The notes: generated by a model not told the origin, from the sequence alone. DNA of 64,000 bases from Arcobacter nitrofigilis (GCA_022736375.1 DZCE01000002.1:732-64731); one strand, 5' to 3'. Shown: positions 51,676-61,134, counted from the stretch's first letter. Numbers and translations are program-made.

Positions 51676-53589
51676 TTATGTGAGTTTTTGTCCAACTAAA
51701 GTTGGATTTGTTTTTGTATTAAAGGATAGTATATCTCCATCCTCAAGCTCTACTATAGACGGTATAGATAAGTGTTTATCATTTAATACTTTTCTATTTG
51801 TCCACATATACGTTTTGTTATTGAATATCATGGATATAGGTATCGAATTGTTATCTAATGTATAGACAACTATCTCACCTCCTCTATTAACGAGTATCCT
51901 CTTAGCATTATCATGTACGTTAGTATCACTTAATGATCTTAAAACATTCGTAATGTCACCATTTAAACTAGAACGCATTACCTTCCTATCATTAAAAACA
52001 AGTAAGATCTGCTTAGCGTCGATATTGACAACGCCAGGTAACGCTTCGTTACTAAATTGTTGATCAAAATATACATGCTTAACCAATCCGGACATATTAA
52101 CAAATAGGAAATCTAAATACCCCGTGGAAATATCCCTGGTTAGTAAACCTATAGTATTAGAATTGGCAATAAAAAGAGATATATTATCATCTTCGCGGTA
52201 TTCTGGTTCGACAACCTCAGATCTAAATCCCGGATATACTTTGGTATAGCTATTAAGATTTATCTCTTTAGCCCAATTAAATTCACCAGTAAATTTGTTG
52301 AAATGGACGAGGTATACTAATCTGTAAAATTTGACAACAGAAGTATCGTTCTTATTTCTAATAAGAATCGACAATGCTAGAAACGCATCATTAATCCTTA
52401 ATATAATATATTCTTCTATCGAACTCCCGTCAGATACTAGTTTAGATGGTAATTGTAAAGTACTGAATTTGTCTTTGGTTACTATATCCTCTTCGTCAAA
52501 ATTACACATCACCATAGTTGCCGTCTCGATATTCAAAAGCGGTATCATACCATCCTCCACCTCCTCACTCTGACATTGTCCTGTTTTAAACGGAATATCA
52601 AAATTTGGTATTGTTATTAACGAGTTAACAAATGGGCGTTTTCTGACATATCGAAAATGTGATTCTGTGTTAACATTTACACTAAATGTTTGAGTTTCGA
52701 TTGGTATATTCTTAAATATTGACTCAACTGTCATGTGATAGGATGTATTAGATAACTCTGTTACTTTAATTATCTCCACAATACTATCCATATCAGTCAA
52801 TGACCCGGAGGCTATAATACTACCATCTAAATCTTGTAGAGTGAATTTACTAATTTGATGATCGTTTCTGTTATGTGAAACTCTCAGAAAATTACTCGCC
52901 GAATATTGTTCAAATCTAAAATCCTCTAACTCGACATTTATTCCGTACCTCTTCTTACTTCTTATCGTAAATGGCTTTGCCGACGGATTGCTCCTATTAT
53001 TACCTATAGAGGTAAAAGTGACCATTAACACATATGGTATATTCTCACCTAAATTATGAACTGGTCCAATTTTGAAAGAGTAGAGCAGGGCTTCCTCTTC
53101 GACCACAAGTTCATATACAATATCTCCAGTAGAAACATCTCGTATTTGAGCTATCGTCGATTTATGTTTATCGGAACCGGCATACATAGTAAATTCAGAT
53201 ATAGACACTAAAACTTCTCTGTTATTAATGAACTCAATATCTGGTACATCCACGTTTGGGGTGACAATGAGTACGTTACCGATGGTGTATCCTCCGCCAC
53301 CTGAGATAATCGGTTGAGGGACATCCCATTCCTGACGACTATCTAGCTCCGGATTATCATAAAATGGCTTTGATGTATATAGATAACTCTTCCCATATCT
53401 CGTATCAAGCGTTAGTGCTAGCCTATCTTTAAATTCTACAGAATTAGTCTCCTCCCTAACGTATTTGCCGTTTCTATAGTCCTCCATTGTCTCAAATACT
53501 CTCCAACTCATACCCTTTATATCGGGATCTGAAGTAGGACAATCAATTCTGAACTCAACGAACCCTGGTACTGGTATAGTTAATGACAC
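51676..53589 (-). CDS. hypothetical beta-rich virion protein, 637 aa, GTG start (module shared with 26620-28491)
   Basis: GTG 53589 lies 5 nt after AAGGAG. W.VPQPI at aa 88-94, LVSI at 127-130 and FTMYAGSDKHKSTIAQIRDVSTGDIVYE at 133-160. Confidence 0.55.
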   Translation of the reverse strand: MSLTIPVPGFVEFRIDCPTSDPDIKGMSWRVFETMEDYRNGKYVREETNSVEFKDRLALTLDTRYGKSYLYTSKPFYDNPELDSRQEWDVPQPIISGGGGYTIGNVLIVTPNVDVPDIEFINNREVLVSISEFTMYAGSDKHKSTIAQIRDVSTGDIVYELVVEEEALLYSFKIGPVHNLGENIPYVLMVTFTSIGNNRSNPSAKPFTIRSKKRYGINVELEDFRFEQYSASNFLRVSHNRNDHQISKFTLQDLDGSIIASGSLTDMDSIVEIIKVTELSNTSYHMTVESIFKNIPIETQTFSVNVNTESHFRYVRKRPFVNSLITIPNFDIPFKTGQCQSEEVEDGMIPLLNIETATMVMCNFDEEDIVTKDKFSTLQLPSKLVSDGSSIEEYIILRINDAFLALSILIRNKNDTSVVKFYRLVYLVHFNKFTGEFNWAKEINLNSYTKVYPGFRSEVVEPEYREDDNISLFIANSNTIGLLTRDISTGYLDFLFVNMSGLVKHVYFDQQFSNEALPGVVNIDAKQILLVFNDRKVMRSSLNGDITNVLRSLSDTNVHDNAKRILVNRGGEIVVYTLDNNSIPISMIFNNKTYMWTNRKVLNDKHLSIPSIVELEDGDILSFNTKTNPTLVGQKLT

Positions 53590-53620
53590 GAATTCTCCTT
53601 TTTTTAAAAAAATAAAATAT

Positions 53621-53626
53621 TATCAA
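53621..53626 (-). promoter_or_regulatory. Promoter-like core TTGATA at -36 of GTG 53589
   Basis: Context ATATTCTTTGATAATATTTTA, 17 nt after the hairpin 53643-53672. Confidence 0.3.
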
Positions 53627-53642
53627 AGAATATGAAAGGTGT

Positions 53643-53672
53643 AGAAATAAGTCTTGTTATAGACTTATTTCT
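53643..53672 (-). terminator. Hairpin containing the stop of 53665-54363
   Basis: AGAAATAAGTC-TTGTTATA-GACTTATTTCT with the stop TAA (53665-53667) in the 3' arm. Confidence 0.5.
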
Positions 53673-54363
53673 TCAATATAGATTGTTTAACCCTCAACAT
53701 ATCCATGAACGGCATAACTGCGTACGCATCCCAAGTTATAAGGGGCTTCTTTATGACCAACCGAAGTAGGTTCCTTGCAAGTAACCATCCTCGTTTCCTA
53801 TAATCGATTGTCCCTTCTGTTAGTTTTAGAGACAACCTATCTTTTAGTGCTATAAGTGTAGTCGTCACCGCCTTTTCCGCGGACCCTTTCTTTTTACCTT
53901 TTTGGTAAAAAGCCTTATTTAACAATTCGTCACGAAACCTTTCCGAGTTTAATATTAACTCATATGCTTCTATTACCATGAAACCCAGATGAGTCGCCCC
54001 AGATTTATCATCTGTCCCTGGAACATTTGTAATCAATGGTAACATCATCTTATCGAGTTCCCACATAGTTTTATGGTTTTTTTCACCAAGAACATATGTA
54101 GCTAATAATCTAAATGCTTTATCTAAAACATCCTCTAATCTAGGATCGAATAATGGGTTAGTCTTAGACCATAATGCCGTTTCTTCTTTTGTCGAGAATT
54201 TGATTCTATGCTCTTTATAATCATACATGTCATTACTTAAAAGCATAACCTTTACGGCGTAAAAGAACATCATCACCCCTCTTCTGGATTCATCTATCTC
54301 GTAGAATTTATCTAACGCCTCCCCATACGGTAGGAAGTGTTGTAATGCGTTATTCTTTTCCAT
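53665..54363 (-). CDS. hypothetical protein, 232 aa
   Basis: The track start 54414 (GTG) lies inside the upstream gene. ATG 54363 follows the upstream TAA by 1 nt (TAATATG). Confidence 0.6.
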   Translation of the reverse strand: MEKNNALQHFLPYGEALDKFYEIDESRRGVMMFFYAVKVMLLSNDMYDYKEHRIKFSTKEETALWSKTNPLFDPRLEDVLDKAFRLLATYVLGEKNHKTMWELDKMMLPLITNVPGTDDKSGATHLGFMVIEAYELILNSERFRDELLNKAFYQKGKKKGSAEKAVTTTLIALKDRLSLKLTEGTIDYRKRGWLLARNLLRLVIKKPLITWDAYAVMPFMDMLRVKQSILKK

Positions 54364-54364
54364 A

Positions 54365-54799
54365 TTACAAATCTCTGGATAATGGAAATAGATTGCTATA
54401 CTCTCCGGTAACACCGTATGCTACTGCCTCGTCCTTAGTCCAATCCATACGTTCAGCATATAACTCAGCGTTCATGTCTGTAGTTGGTATTACATCCGCG
54501 AAATGAATCCTTAACACAAAGGTCTTTACTGTACTGTTGTCTTCTGAAGACGTATATTTCATTTCAAATATATTATCATCTATCTCTACGGCAGAAGACA
54601 GAATCCTAGTATGTCTAATCGTACGGAATAAATCTTTATCCGAGAAATAAATATCCATACCATCAACAATGTAATTATTTAATACCCTTTCGTAATCGAT
54701 AGAGTTAAATAAGGCAATCGCCCCTCGTACATAACCATTATGTAGTCGCATATCATTCATAATCGACAATAACGCCGGCATCTCAAGTTTGTCTAACAT
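54365..54799 (-). CDS. hypothetical protein, 144 aa
   Basis: ATG 54799 with an AAAAAGGAAAAA SD. Confidence 0.65.
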   Translation of the reverse strand: MLDKLEMPALLSIMNDMRLHNGYVRGAIALFNSIDYERVLNNYIVDGMDIYFSDKDLFRTIRHTRILSSAVEIDDNIFEMKYTSSEDNSTVKTFVLRIHFADVIPTTDMNAELYAERMDWTKDEAVAYGVTGEYSNLFPLSRDL

Positions 54800-54927
54800 A
54801 TTTTTCCTTTTTAGTTAATTTCAAAGTTATAATATATAAACAGATATAATTATAAAGCGTAAAAAAGAAGATTTTAGTTCCCTATACCTCGATCTATAAT
54901 AAATACTGAATATATGTTTTCGGACGT

Positions 54928-54960
54928 ATATTCTAGTTGACGAAATGTCAACTAGAATAT
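54928..54960 (-). terminator. Hairpin containing the stop of 54952-55854
   Basis: 14-bp stem ATATTCTAGTTGAC/GTCAACTAGAATAT with loop GAAAT and the stop TAG (54952-54954) in the stem. Confidence 0.5.
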
Positions 54961-55854
54961 ACTTTTTAATAGATTGTCGAAAATCTTACCCCCAGGTATT
55001 TTACTAAATCCCGACGGTTTCTCTTTTACTGCACTTCTAGCTAATGTCTTCATCGGTCCACCATTGGTTGGAGCATGAGAACCTTCATTATCCCCCATAT
55101 AAGATTCTACACCTGATATTATAGAAAGAAATGTCTCTAGTGGATTATCCCTAGTTTCCTTTGATCCGATACTTTGTTCAGCTGATTTAGCTAATAATGA
55201 ACTCTTTGTTTGTGTATTATTAACGGCCGTGGCGTCGCCTAACAAACTATTTACTTTGTTAAGAACATTTACCCCAACTTCTGATGCTTTTGAGACAAAA
55301 GAATCTATAGACTTTGCTAGCAAATTATCTGACGCATTAGGGAACACTTTTTTCAAACCATCCAATGCTCCATCAATACCTAGACAGGCCATAGAGAACA
55401 TACTATTAGCCACAACTACTTCGGTAAGCGCTTCAGATGATGCTACGCTTACACCGACCACGTCCTTATTAAAACCCTTACATGAATCTGAGAATATACC
55501 TAGTATAGAATTCAATTGCTCCGTTATTAACCCAAATCCGGCCAATGCATCATTTACAAATTTCATGATATCTTTATATAGCTTATCGAGCCCTAATGCG
55601 TTCAATATGTTATCTAATGTAAATAATGACTTAACCTGTTCAATCAATTTTGCGATATCAATCTCTGGTAAACCGAGAGCCTTTAATATCTTTTTAGGGT
55701 CTTTGAGTAGCTCGTTAAACTCTTTTAATTTCGATTCATACTTTTTTACTTCACTAGTATCGAAAAAGTTGGAATAGTCATATCCCTTATCCTTCACCGT
55801 GGAATTTACGGCTGTGGTTTTAGCTTTTTTATCACCAGGTTTATCTGTCGCCAT
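54952..55854 (-). CDS. hypothetical helical protein, 300 aa (scaffold or internal head protein possible)
   Basis: AGGAGG SD. Ala/Leu/Lys-rich helical composition. Lies two genes downstream of the prohead protease. Confidence 0.5.
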   Translation of the reverse strand: MATDKPGDKKAKTTAVNSTVKDKGYDYSNFFDTSEVKKYESKLKEFNELLKDPKKILKALGLPEIDIAKLIEQVKSLFTLDNILNALGLDKLYKDIMKFVNDALAGFGLITEQLNSILGIFSDSCKGFNKDVVGVSVASSEALTEVVVANSMFSMACLGIDGALDGLKKVFPNASDNLLAKSIDSFVSKASEVGVNVLNKVNSLLGDATAVNNTQTKSSLLAKSAEQSIGSKETRDNPLETFLSIISGVESYMGDNEGSHAPTNGGPMKTLARSAVKEKPSGFSKIPGGKIFDNLLKSIF

Positions 55855-55880
55855 TGTCTAACCTCCTATCTTATTTAATC

Positions 55881-58118
55881 TCATTGTGTGGTATATCTAT
55901 TAGACGAATTGTGCATCGTCCTATTAAACATATCTACGCCGATAACTGGCATATGATGTGACATGAGAGATTTCCAAAACGCCGCGGTATTATATATTGA
56001 AAAATCTGAAACCTCAGCAGCCATCCTCATTCTAGCTCTTGGTAACCAATAGTTTGTCTCATAAACATTTGACCCGGCAAGCATCTTAATATATCTTGCC
56101 ATCATAGAGTTATCGTCCAAGACGATATTTTTAACCCCGCCTTTACCTAAACTGAGTGCAAATAATTTATCAACGTCAGTTATCTGCATCTCTATCTCAA
56201 TACCCAATGACTGATTCTCATCATTATATGGGACCTCTCCTATACCTTTCTTGATATTTAGACGAGTTACGATACCTTTCTTTATATCGACGAACCCTGG
56301 GAGATGCGCACTAACTATAAAAGGGGAACCTAGAGACGACTTACCGATTGCTCTCGGTGCGGCTAACGGAAGAATAAGAGCGATACCCATATATACATCT
56401 CTATATAGCGAAAATTTATTCCCGTAAACCGCCGGTAACGTTATCTTGAAACTATACGTTGTTAATTCGGCCGACGTTGTATCCCACATCTCTGGCATAT
56501 GTACTAGACCACCACCCATTAAAGTCTCGACAACATTAGATAACCCAAGTGATACCCCCGCCACACCGGCGGAAACAAAATCAGATATTGCTGATGTAAT
56601 TTGTTTAACGGCGTTCCCGAAGATATTACCTCCTGCTAGCGAGAAGCGAATATCCTTAGCGGTAGAAGCGAATCCTCTTAACATCGATTGTGTGGGGATT
56701 TCGGTTGTTGTGTTAGTTATTGTCAATTCTTGGGAACCGAGATACTCCACAGCTACCGCAACGTGTCTTGCTCCGTAATTTCTAATATGCTGGTAGTATG
56801 TAATAATGCTACTGTTTTGCAGGTCAATAATGTCTTGCTCATTTTGCGGGAGAGCGGCGGTGATGGTTTTGTCTACTTTACCGGCCACGTCTTTATAAAC
56901 ATCTGTTGCGGCGGCAACAGTAGACTTACCTGTCTCGTATAAAGATTTACCAGTCTCTACAACACTACTTATACCTGATATTGCTGAACCTATATCGCCA
57001 GTTACTCCAGAAAATAATCCACCCAGTGACTTAGAAATATTATCTACAGAGGCGGCCGATTCGGCTACAACTTTTTCAACTACTTCTTTTATATACCCGT
57101 AGGATTCACCACCCATCTTATTTAACTTGTCTGTAAATTCATCGAGACTATTCATGGCTTCCTTACCAGTAGCTGTAAGTGACGTTTCCAGATATGTATT
57201 CTCCTTTAGTTGCATAGATCCGATAGTCTTACCTTTTTCGGCATTAGCTTTAATTGACGCTAATCTAGCCTCAGCGAGACGCTGCCCTTTAGTGAATATA
57301 CTAAATACATTTATATATCCATCGCTACCAATCATATCCGGTAACCACTTAACGGCTTGTGCAATACTATTTTCATTTATTTGTAAAGGAATAGCACTTC
57401 TATCTGACCCTGCATTGCTAACAGGTTCCTTTAAGGATAACACCCCTAATTCCAGAGCAAGTGTATTTGCAACATCGCTAACTAATCTCCAATAATGATG
57501 CATTGTTGGTTTTAATGTATAGTATGATATAACCGGATCCCCAGCTACGAATTTTGATAACCATTTAATACCCCACGTGATAGTTGTTATTGCCGGCATC
57601 AACTTGAACGCGTATCCGATTCCAACCTTACTCCCTAGGCTCATAGCCAATTCATACGGTTCTCTACCGGTTCTGTTTACAATAACATCTCGTCTATCCC
57701 CAGCGTACAGAAAGTATGCCAATAGACTCGCAAACTCAGGTACACCAGCTTCTATTACAAGTGTTTGCTGATTACGGCCATATGCTTCTTGATAATATAT
57801 CCCAACGCCAGTATCTGGGTTTGTCCCACCGTACTTTGATTCGGACCTATTACTTATAACACCTTTACTTCTTGGGTCACAATATTCAGAAAACTGCCAC
57901 TCTCCACCATAAGCATATGCCCCGCCAACAGAGGTGTCAAAATAAGTTATATCAGCATATGTTTTTTGCCGGAATATCTCTGTTGCATTCTTTACTTTGT
58001 CTGAAGCATTACTAATGATATTATTAGAACCATATACCCATTTACTATCTACAACGTTTATTACGGTTTGCCCTATTCTCTCGATTTCTTTATCAGTTGA
58101 ATCTACTAAGTTAGACAT
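55881..58118 (-). CDS. hypothetical head-module protein, 745 aa
   Basis: Starts 10 nt after the protease stop. Central low-complexity G/S/A/V/T region (GGLFSGVTGDIGSAISGISSVVETGKS). No motifs recognised. Confidence 0.6.
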   Translation of the reverse strand: MSNLVDSTDKEIERIGQTVINVVDSKWVYGSNNIISNASDKVKNATEIFRQKTYADITYFDTSVGGAYAYGGEWQFSEYCDPRSKGVISNRSESKYGGTNPDTGVGIYYQEAYGRNQQTLVIEAGVPEFASLLAYFLYAGDRRDVIVNRTGREPYELAMSLGSKVGIGYAFKLMPAITTITWGIKWLSKFVAGDPVISYYTLKPTMHHYWRLVSDVANTLALELGVLSLKEPVSNAGSDRSAIPLQINENSIAQAVKWLPDMIGSDGYINVFSIFTKGQRLAEARLASIKANAEKGKTIGSMQLKENTYLETSLTATGKEAMNSLDEFTDKLNKMGGESYGYIKEVVEKVVAESAASVDNISKSLGGLFSGVTGDIGSAISGISSVVETGKSLYETGKSTVAAATDVYKDVAGKVDKTITAALPQNEQDIIDLQNSSIITYYQHIRNYGARHVAVAVEYLGSQELTITNTTTEIPTQSMLRGFASTAKDIRFSLAGGNIFGNAVKQITSAISDFVSAGVAGVSLGLSNVVETLMGGGLVHMPEMWDTTSAELTTYSFKITLPAVYGNKFSLYRDVYMGIALILPLAAPRAIGKSSLGSPFIVSAHLPGFVDIKKGIVTRLNIKKGIGEVPYNDENQSLGIEIEMQITDVDKLFALSLGKGGVKNIVLDDNSMMARYIKMLAGSNVYETNYWLPRARMRMAAEVSDFSIYNTAAFWKSLMSHHMPVIGVDMFNRTMHNSSNRYTTQ

Positions 58119-58128
58119 ATATTACCCT

Positions 58129-58905
58129 TCATCGTACGTACAGCTGTTCCAGGCTTCTACGGGCCGATAATTCAGCCATTAAAATATCCGGTAGATTAGC
58201 CACCTGCGATAACATTGTAGCCGTTAGCCCGCCTGAACATACACCGTCTATACATATAGAATTGGTCATAGATAACGCGGCGTAGTCCATCGAATCTCTT
58301 TTATTGGCGCCGTCATATGCCCCGCGTAAAACCTGGTCCCAGGTGATAACCCTAGTGAATCTTCTTACCTCGTTACCACCGACCATGGTTTTCTTAGCGA
58401 AACCTCTTATAGACATTGATGTATTTGAGTATGGGTTCTTCAGTGTCTCTAAAAATTGAGAGCCAAAATTACCTTCTGGTTTCAATCTTAATACTATAAG
58501 AATGATATTACCGGTAGATTCGACACATCTCGTATCTTTCTTACCGATATCGACGGCTAATATATCCTTAATGTGTGCAGACTTTCTATCTATTAGTATA
58601 GTACTCAGACGAGCAGCAACCACTTGATCAGGCGTACCAGGTGGTACCTGCGGGTGATCTAGCTCTGATGACAACACCCCTTTATCGAGATAATCCATCA
58701 ACTGTGTATTTTTACCGAAAATCTCTGATGTATACGGGAATGATACCCAATGTCCAGGGGCCATCTCCACGGCCACATTAAATGCCCCAGCGTTTATTAA
58801 CCAGTACCCATTTTCATCAGGTGAAAAATCACCAACTAACAACGACGCATATTGCGGATCCTTCTTCTTTAGCTCTTCTTGTGTCTGTACTCTAATTTCT
58901 ATCAT
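58129..58905 (-). CDS. prohead (maturation) serine protease, T4 gp21 family
   Basis: GVLSSELDHPQVPPGTPDQ (His84) matches T4 gp21 QALGELNHPPRANVDP. NTSMSIRGFAKK matches GVSSRGLGS (catalytic Ser). 258 aa. Sits three genes from a virion-type RNAP beta gene, as recalled for phiKZ gp175-gp178. Confidence 0.75.
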   Translation of the reverse strand: MIEIRVQTQEELKKKDPQYASLLVGDFSPDENGYWLINAGAFNVAVEMAPGHWVSFPYTSEIFGKNTQLMDYLDKGVLSSELDHPQVPPGTPDQVVAARLSTILIDRKSAHIKDILAVDIGKKDTRCVESTGNIILIVLRLKPEGNFGSQFLETLKNPYSNTSMSIRGFAKKTMVGGNEVRRFTRVITWDQVLRGAYDGANKRDSMDYAALSMTNSICIDGVCSGGLTATMLSQVANLPDILMAELSARRSLEQLYVR

Positions 58906-58916
58906 AAAAAAATCTC

Positions 58917-59624
58917 CTATTTATTTCTTAAAATCTTTTCAACATCAGAGGCCTCTATCTCCTCTTTGTTCGCTGTCCTAGATATTAACTCTTCTCTACC
59001 ATCTTTGAAGTAAGATGTCGAAAAGATAGCAAAATTATCTCTTACGTAAGATCTATCTTCGATGTTAACGAATACCGCCTTTATCTTATCCGGAGCGTAC
59101 CTATAGTATAGTTTTGGGTTATTCTCTTGTCTACCTAGAACAGATAGAAGTAAATCTACCTCTCTGAAATTCTTTAGAATTCCAGCATCAGTTGTTCTAG
59201 ATATACTATTAAGTAAACTCCTAGCAATCTCATAAGTAACGAACTCCGGGAACTTACCTTTCTTTATTACTTCGTGAAAGAACTTTTCAACTAGAGAGCC
59301 TGACATAGAAATTTTCTCCATCATAATAGGTTCCCCTTTGGAAAATATTACATGGATGTATTTCTCCCTAGTCGATACTCTCCTAGAAAAAAGCGTTATT
59401 TGATTGGCTAGGGGGAGAGTCATATACTCTCCTTTTGAATTAACAATTGCGAATAGACCGATCGTCTCGATAAACTTACTCATACTAGCAAGTCCTCTTT
59501 CGAAATAAAAACTAGGTATTGCTATGTTTATATCCATATCAGCATAATATAAGCCATCTTTCACCGTAGCAAATTTTATACTCTTCTCGCTCTTCAGTAA
59601 CTCGAATACTTTAATATCAGACAT
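58917..59624 (-). CDS. hypothetical protein, 235 aa
   Basis: ATG 59624, 8 nt after the upstream stop, with a weak SD. Confidence 0.6.
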   Translation of the reverse strand: MSDIKVFELLKSEKSIKFATVKDGLYYADMDINIAIPSFYFERGLASMSKFIETIGLFAIVNSKGEYMTLPLANQITLFSRRVSTREKYIHVIFSKGEPIMMEKISMSGSLVEKFFHEVIKKGKFPEFVTYEIARSLLNSISRTTDAGILKNFREVDLLLSVLGRQENNPKLYYRYAPDKIKAVFVNIEDRSYVRDNFAIFSTSYFKDGREELISRTANKEEIEASDVEKILRNK

Positions 59625-59632
59625 GGTACTTA

Positions 59633-61060
59633 CTAACTATCAATCTGCATGATAAACTTGTTAATAAGGAACTTGGATATAAGATCGGCTTTTGTAAGGG
59701 TAGCTATTGCGGTAGCATCATACTCCGTAGCATTCTTATATTCAGGATCATTATTATATTTACTAAACGTCTCCTCTATCAGCGCTATATTCGTATCCGC
59801 CAAATACACTTCGTTCATTATCCTACTGACCATATACTCCACATTAAAGTAATCTATTCTTTTATAGATTCTAAAGTACAAATCCTTAAGCCTGGTTAAC
59901 ATCAAGTCTAGTTTATCGTTATCATGAACATTGTAGAGTTGTCCAAAGTTATTTATGACATAACTCTTATAGAAAGCTTGAGCTTCTAGAACGGAAGAAG
60001 ATAATCTACTCTCTATACTTCTTGCCTTTATAGCCTCCATTTCCTCGTTATACTTAACTATATTCTCCAATAAAAACGGCACCTTAATGTCGTTCACATG
60101 GACTGCTTTTACAGCACAATATGCCAATAATTCATCTATGTTTGGTAATTTAGGCGCGGCCTTAGCGTAATTTATAGGGACAACGAAGACCTGATACATA
60201 TCACCTACCTTAATATACCTATAAACTATATTACCATTACCGGCCTCGTCATTTAGAGATGTCCTAATTTTTATAATAGCGTCTGCTAACTCTTTCTTCT
60301 TGACATATAATGCGTCGGATGCCCTCAAATCCGGAGTAGAAGCTACCACCTCTAATAACAACATAGCTATGAATACCAATCTAGGGTCTATATTCAATAT
60401 AGTATAATCTTTCGATAAAATGGTCTCAATAGCCTTCGTTATATTAGCTTGTGTTACAGCGTTTCCGGTAGTAGTCACGAAAGCTTTCAATATCTGTCTC
60501 TTTTGTAGAGATTTAATACTATCTATTCTATTAAGTAAATCATCTAGCGTAACAAAATTATTAATAAAATATTGTAGAACTTCAGCAGGATTGTATCTAT
60601 TAGCGCTTTTAGCAATAGGATTAAATTCGATATCCTCATGTACGAGATAATTCATCTCATCCGGAACATTAAGAGTAATTATCTCGTACTTAATACCAAT
60701 ACTAGACACATCAAGGGTGATATACTTTAATAATTCATCTACCGCCTGTTTTTTCATAGTAGCTATTGTGGAAAAATAAAATATAAATTCCTCCTCAATG
60801 TCAGAAGCTATCGTACCAGTATCGATCCTGGATTCCATAAAAAGTTCAGCATGATAACTTGTACTAATCAGGTACCTGGAAGCAAAATTATAATTACATA
60901 TACGTTTAGCCTCCTCTAGAATACTAGATTTAGGATCGTAATTTAAGTTAATACCACCATTTCGTTTAAATCTATTCACTATCGCTAGTGTATATTTTGT
61001 TATCTTTTCACTCATCTCTAGACGAGATTTATTTTCCAGATTTAAGTCTCTAACGGCCAT
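59633..61060 (-). CDS. hypothetical protein, 475 aa
   Basis: ATG 61060 with an AAAGGAGAAA SD. Confidence 0.65.
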   Translation of the reverse strand: MAVRDLNLENKSRLEMSEKITKYTLAIVNRFKRNGGINLNYDPKSSILEEAKRICNYNFASRYLISTSYHAELFMESRIDTGTIASDIEEEFIFYFSTIATMKKQAVDELLKYITLDVSSIGIKYEIITLNVPDEMNYLVHEDIEFNPIAKSANRYNPAEVLQYFINNFVTLDDLLNRIDSIKSLQKRQILKAFVTTTGNAVTQANITKAIETILSKDYTILNIDPRLVFIAMLLLEVVASTPDLRASDALYVKKKELADAIIKIRTSLNDEAGNGNIVYRYIKVGDMYQVFVVPINYAKAAPKLPNIDELLAYCAVKAVHVNDIKVPFLLENIVKYNEEMEAIKARSIESRLSSSVLEAQAFYKSYVINNFGQLYNVHDNDKLDLMLTRLKDLYFRIYKRIDYFNVEYMVSRIMNEVYLADTNIALIEETFSKYNNDPEYKNATEYDATAIATLTKADLISKFLINKFIMQIDS

Positions 61061-61088
61061 AGTTTCTCCTTTGTTTTCTAATGTATTT

Positions 61089-61094
61089 AATCAG
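61089..61094 (-). promoter_or_regulatory. Promoter-like core CTGATT at -33 of ATG 61060
   Basis: Context CCTCTTTACTGATTAAATA, 13 nt after the hairpin 61107-61134. Confidence 0.35.
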
Positions 61095-61106
61095 TAAAGA
61101 GGTAAT

Positions 61107-61134
61107 AGATGGGTGAGCTGTATCTCACCCATCT
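61107..61134 (-). terminator. Hairpin directly after the long RNAP beta gene
   Basis: 11-bp stem AGATGGGTGAG/CTCACCCATCT with loop CTGTAT, starting 1 nt after the stop codon at 61135-61137. Confidence 0.45.

Noticed and set aside
26620-53589. Phage-nucleus shell (chimallin) or PhuZ tubulin among the 320-640-aa unknown ORFs.
   Set aside because: No tubulin GGGTGSG-type signature occurs in any ORF. The 580-640-aa candidates are beta-rich repeat proteins embedded in structural operons. Nothing in the sequence supports these calls without a database search.
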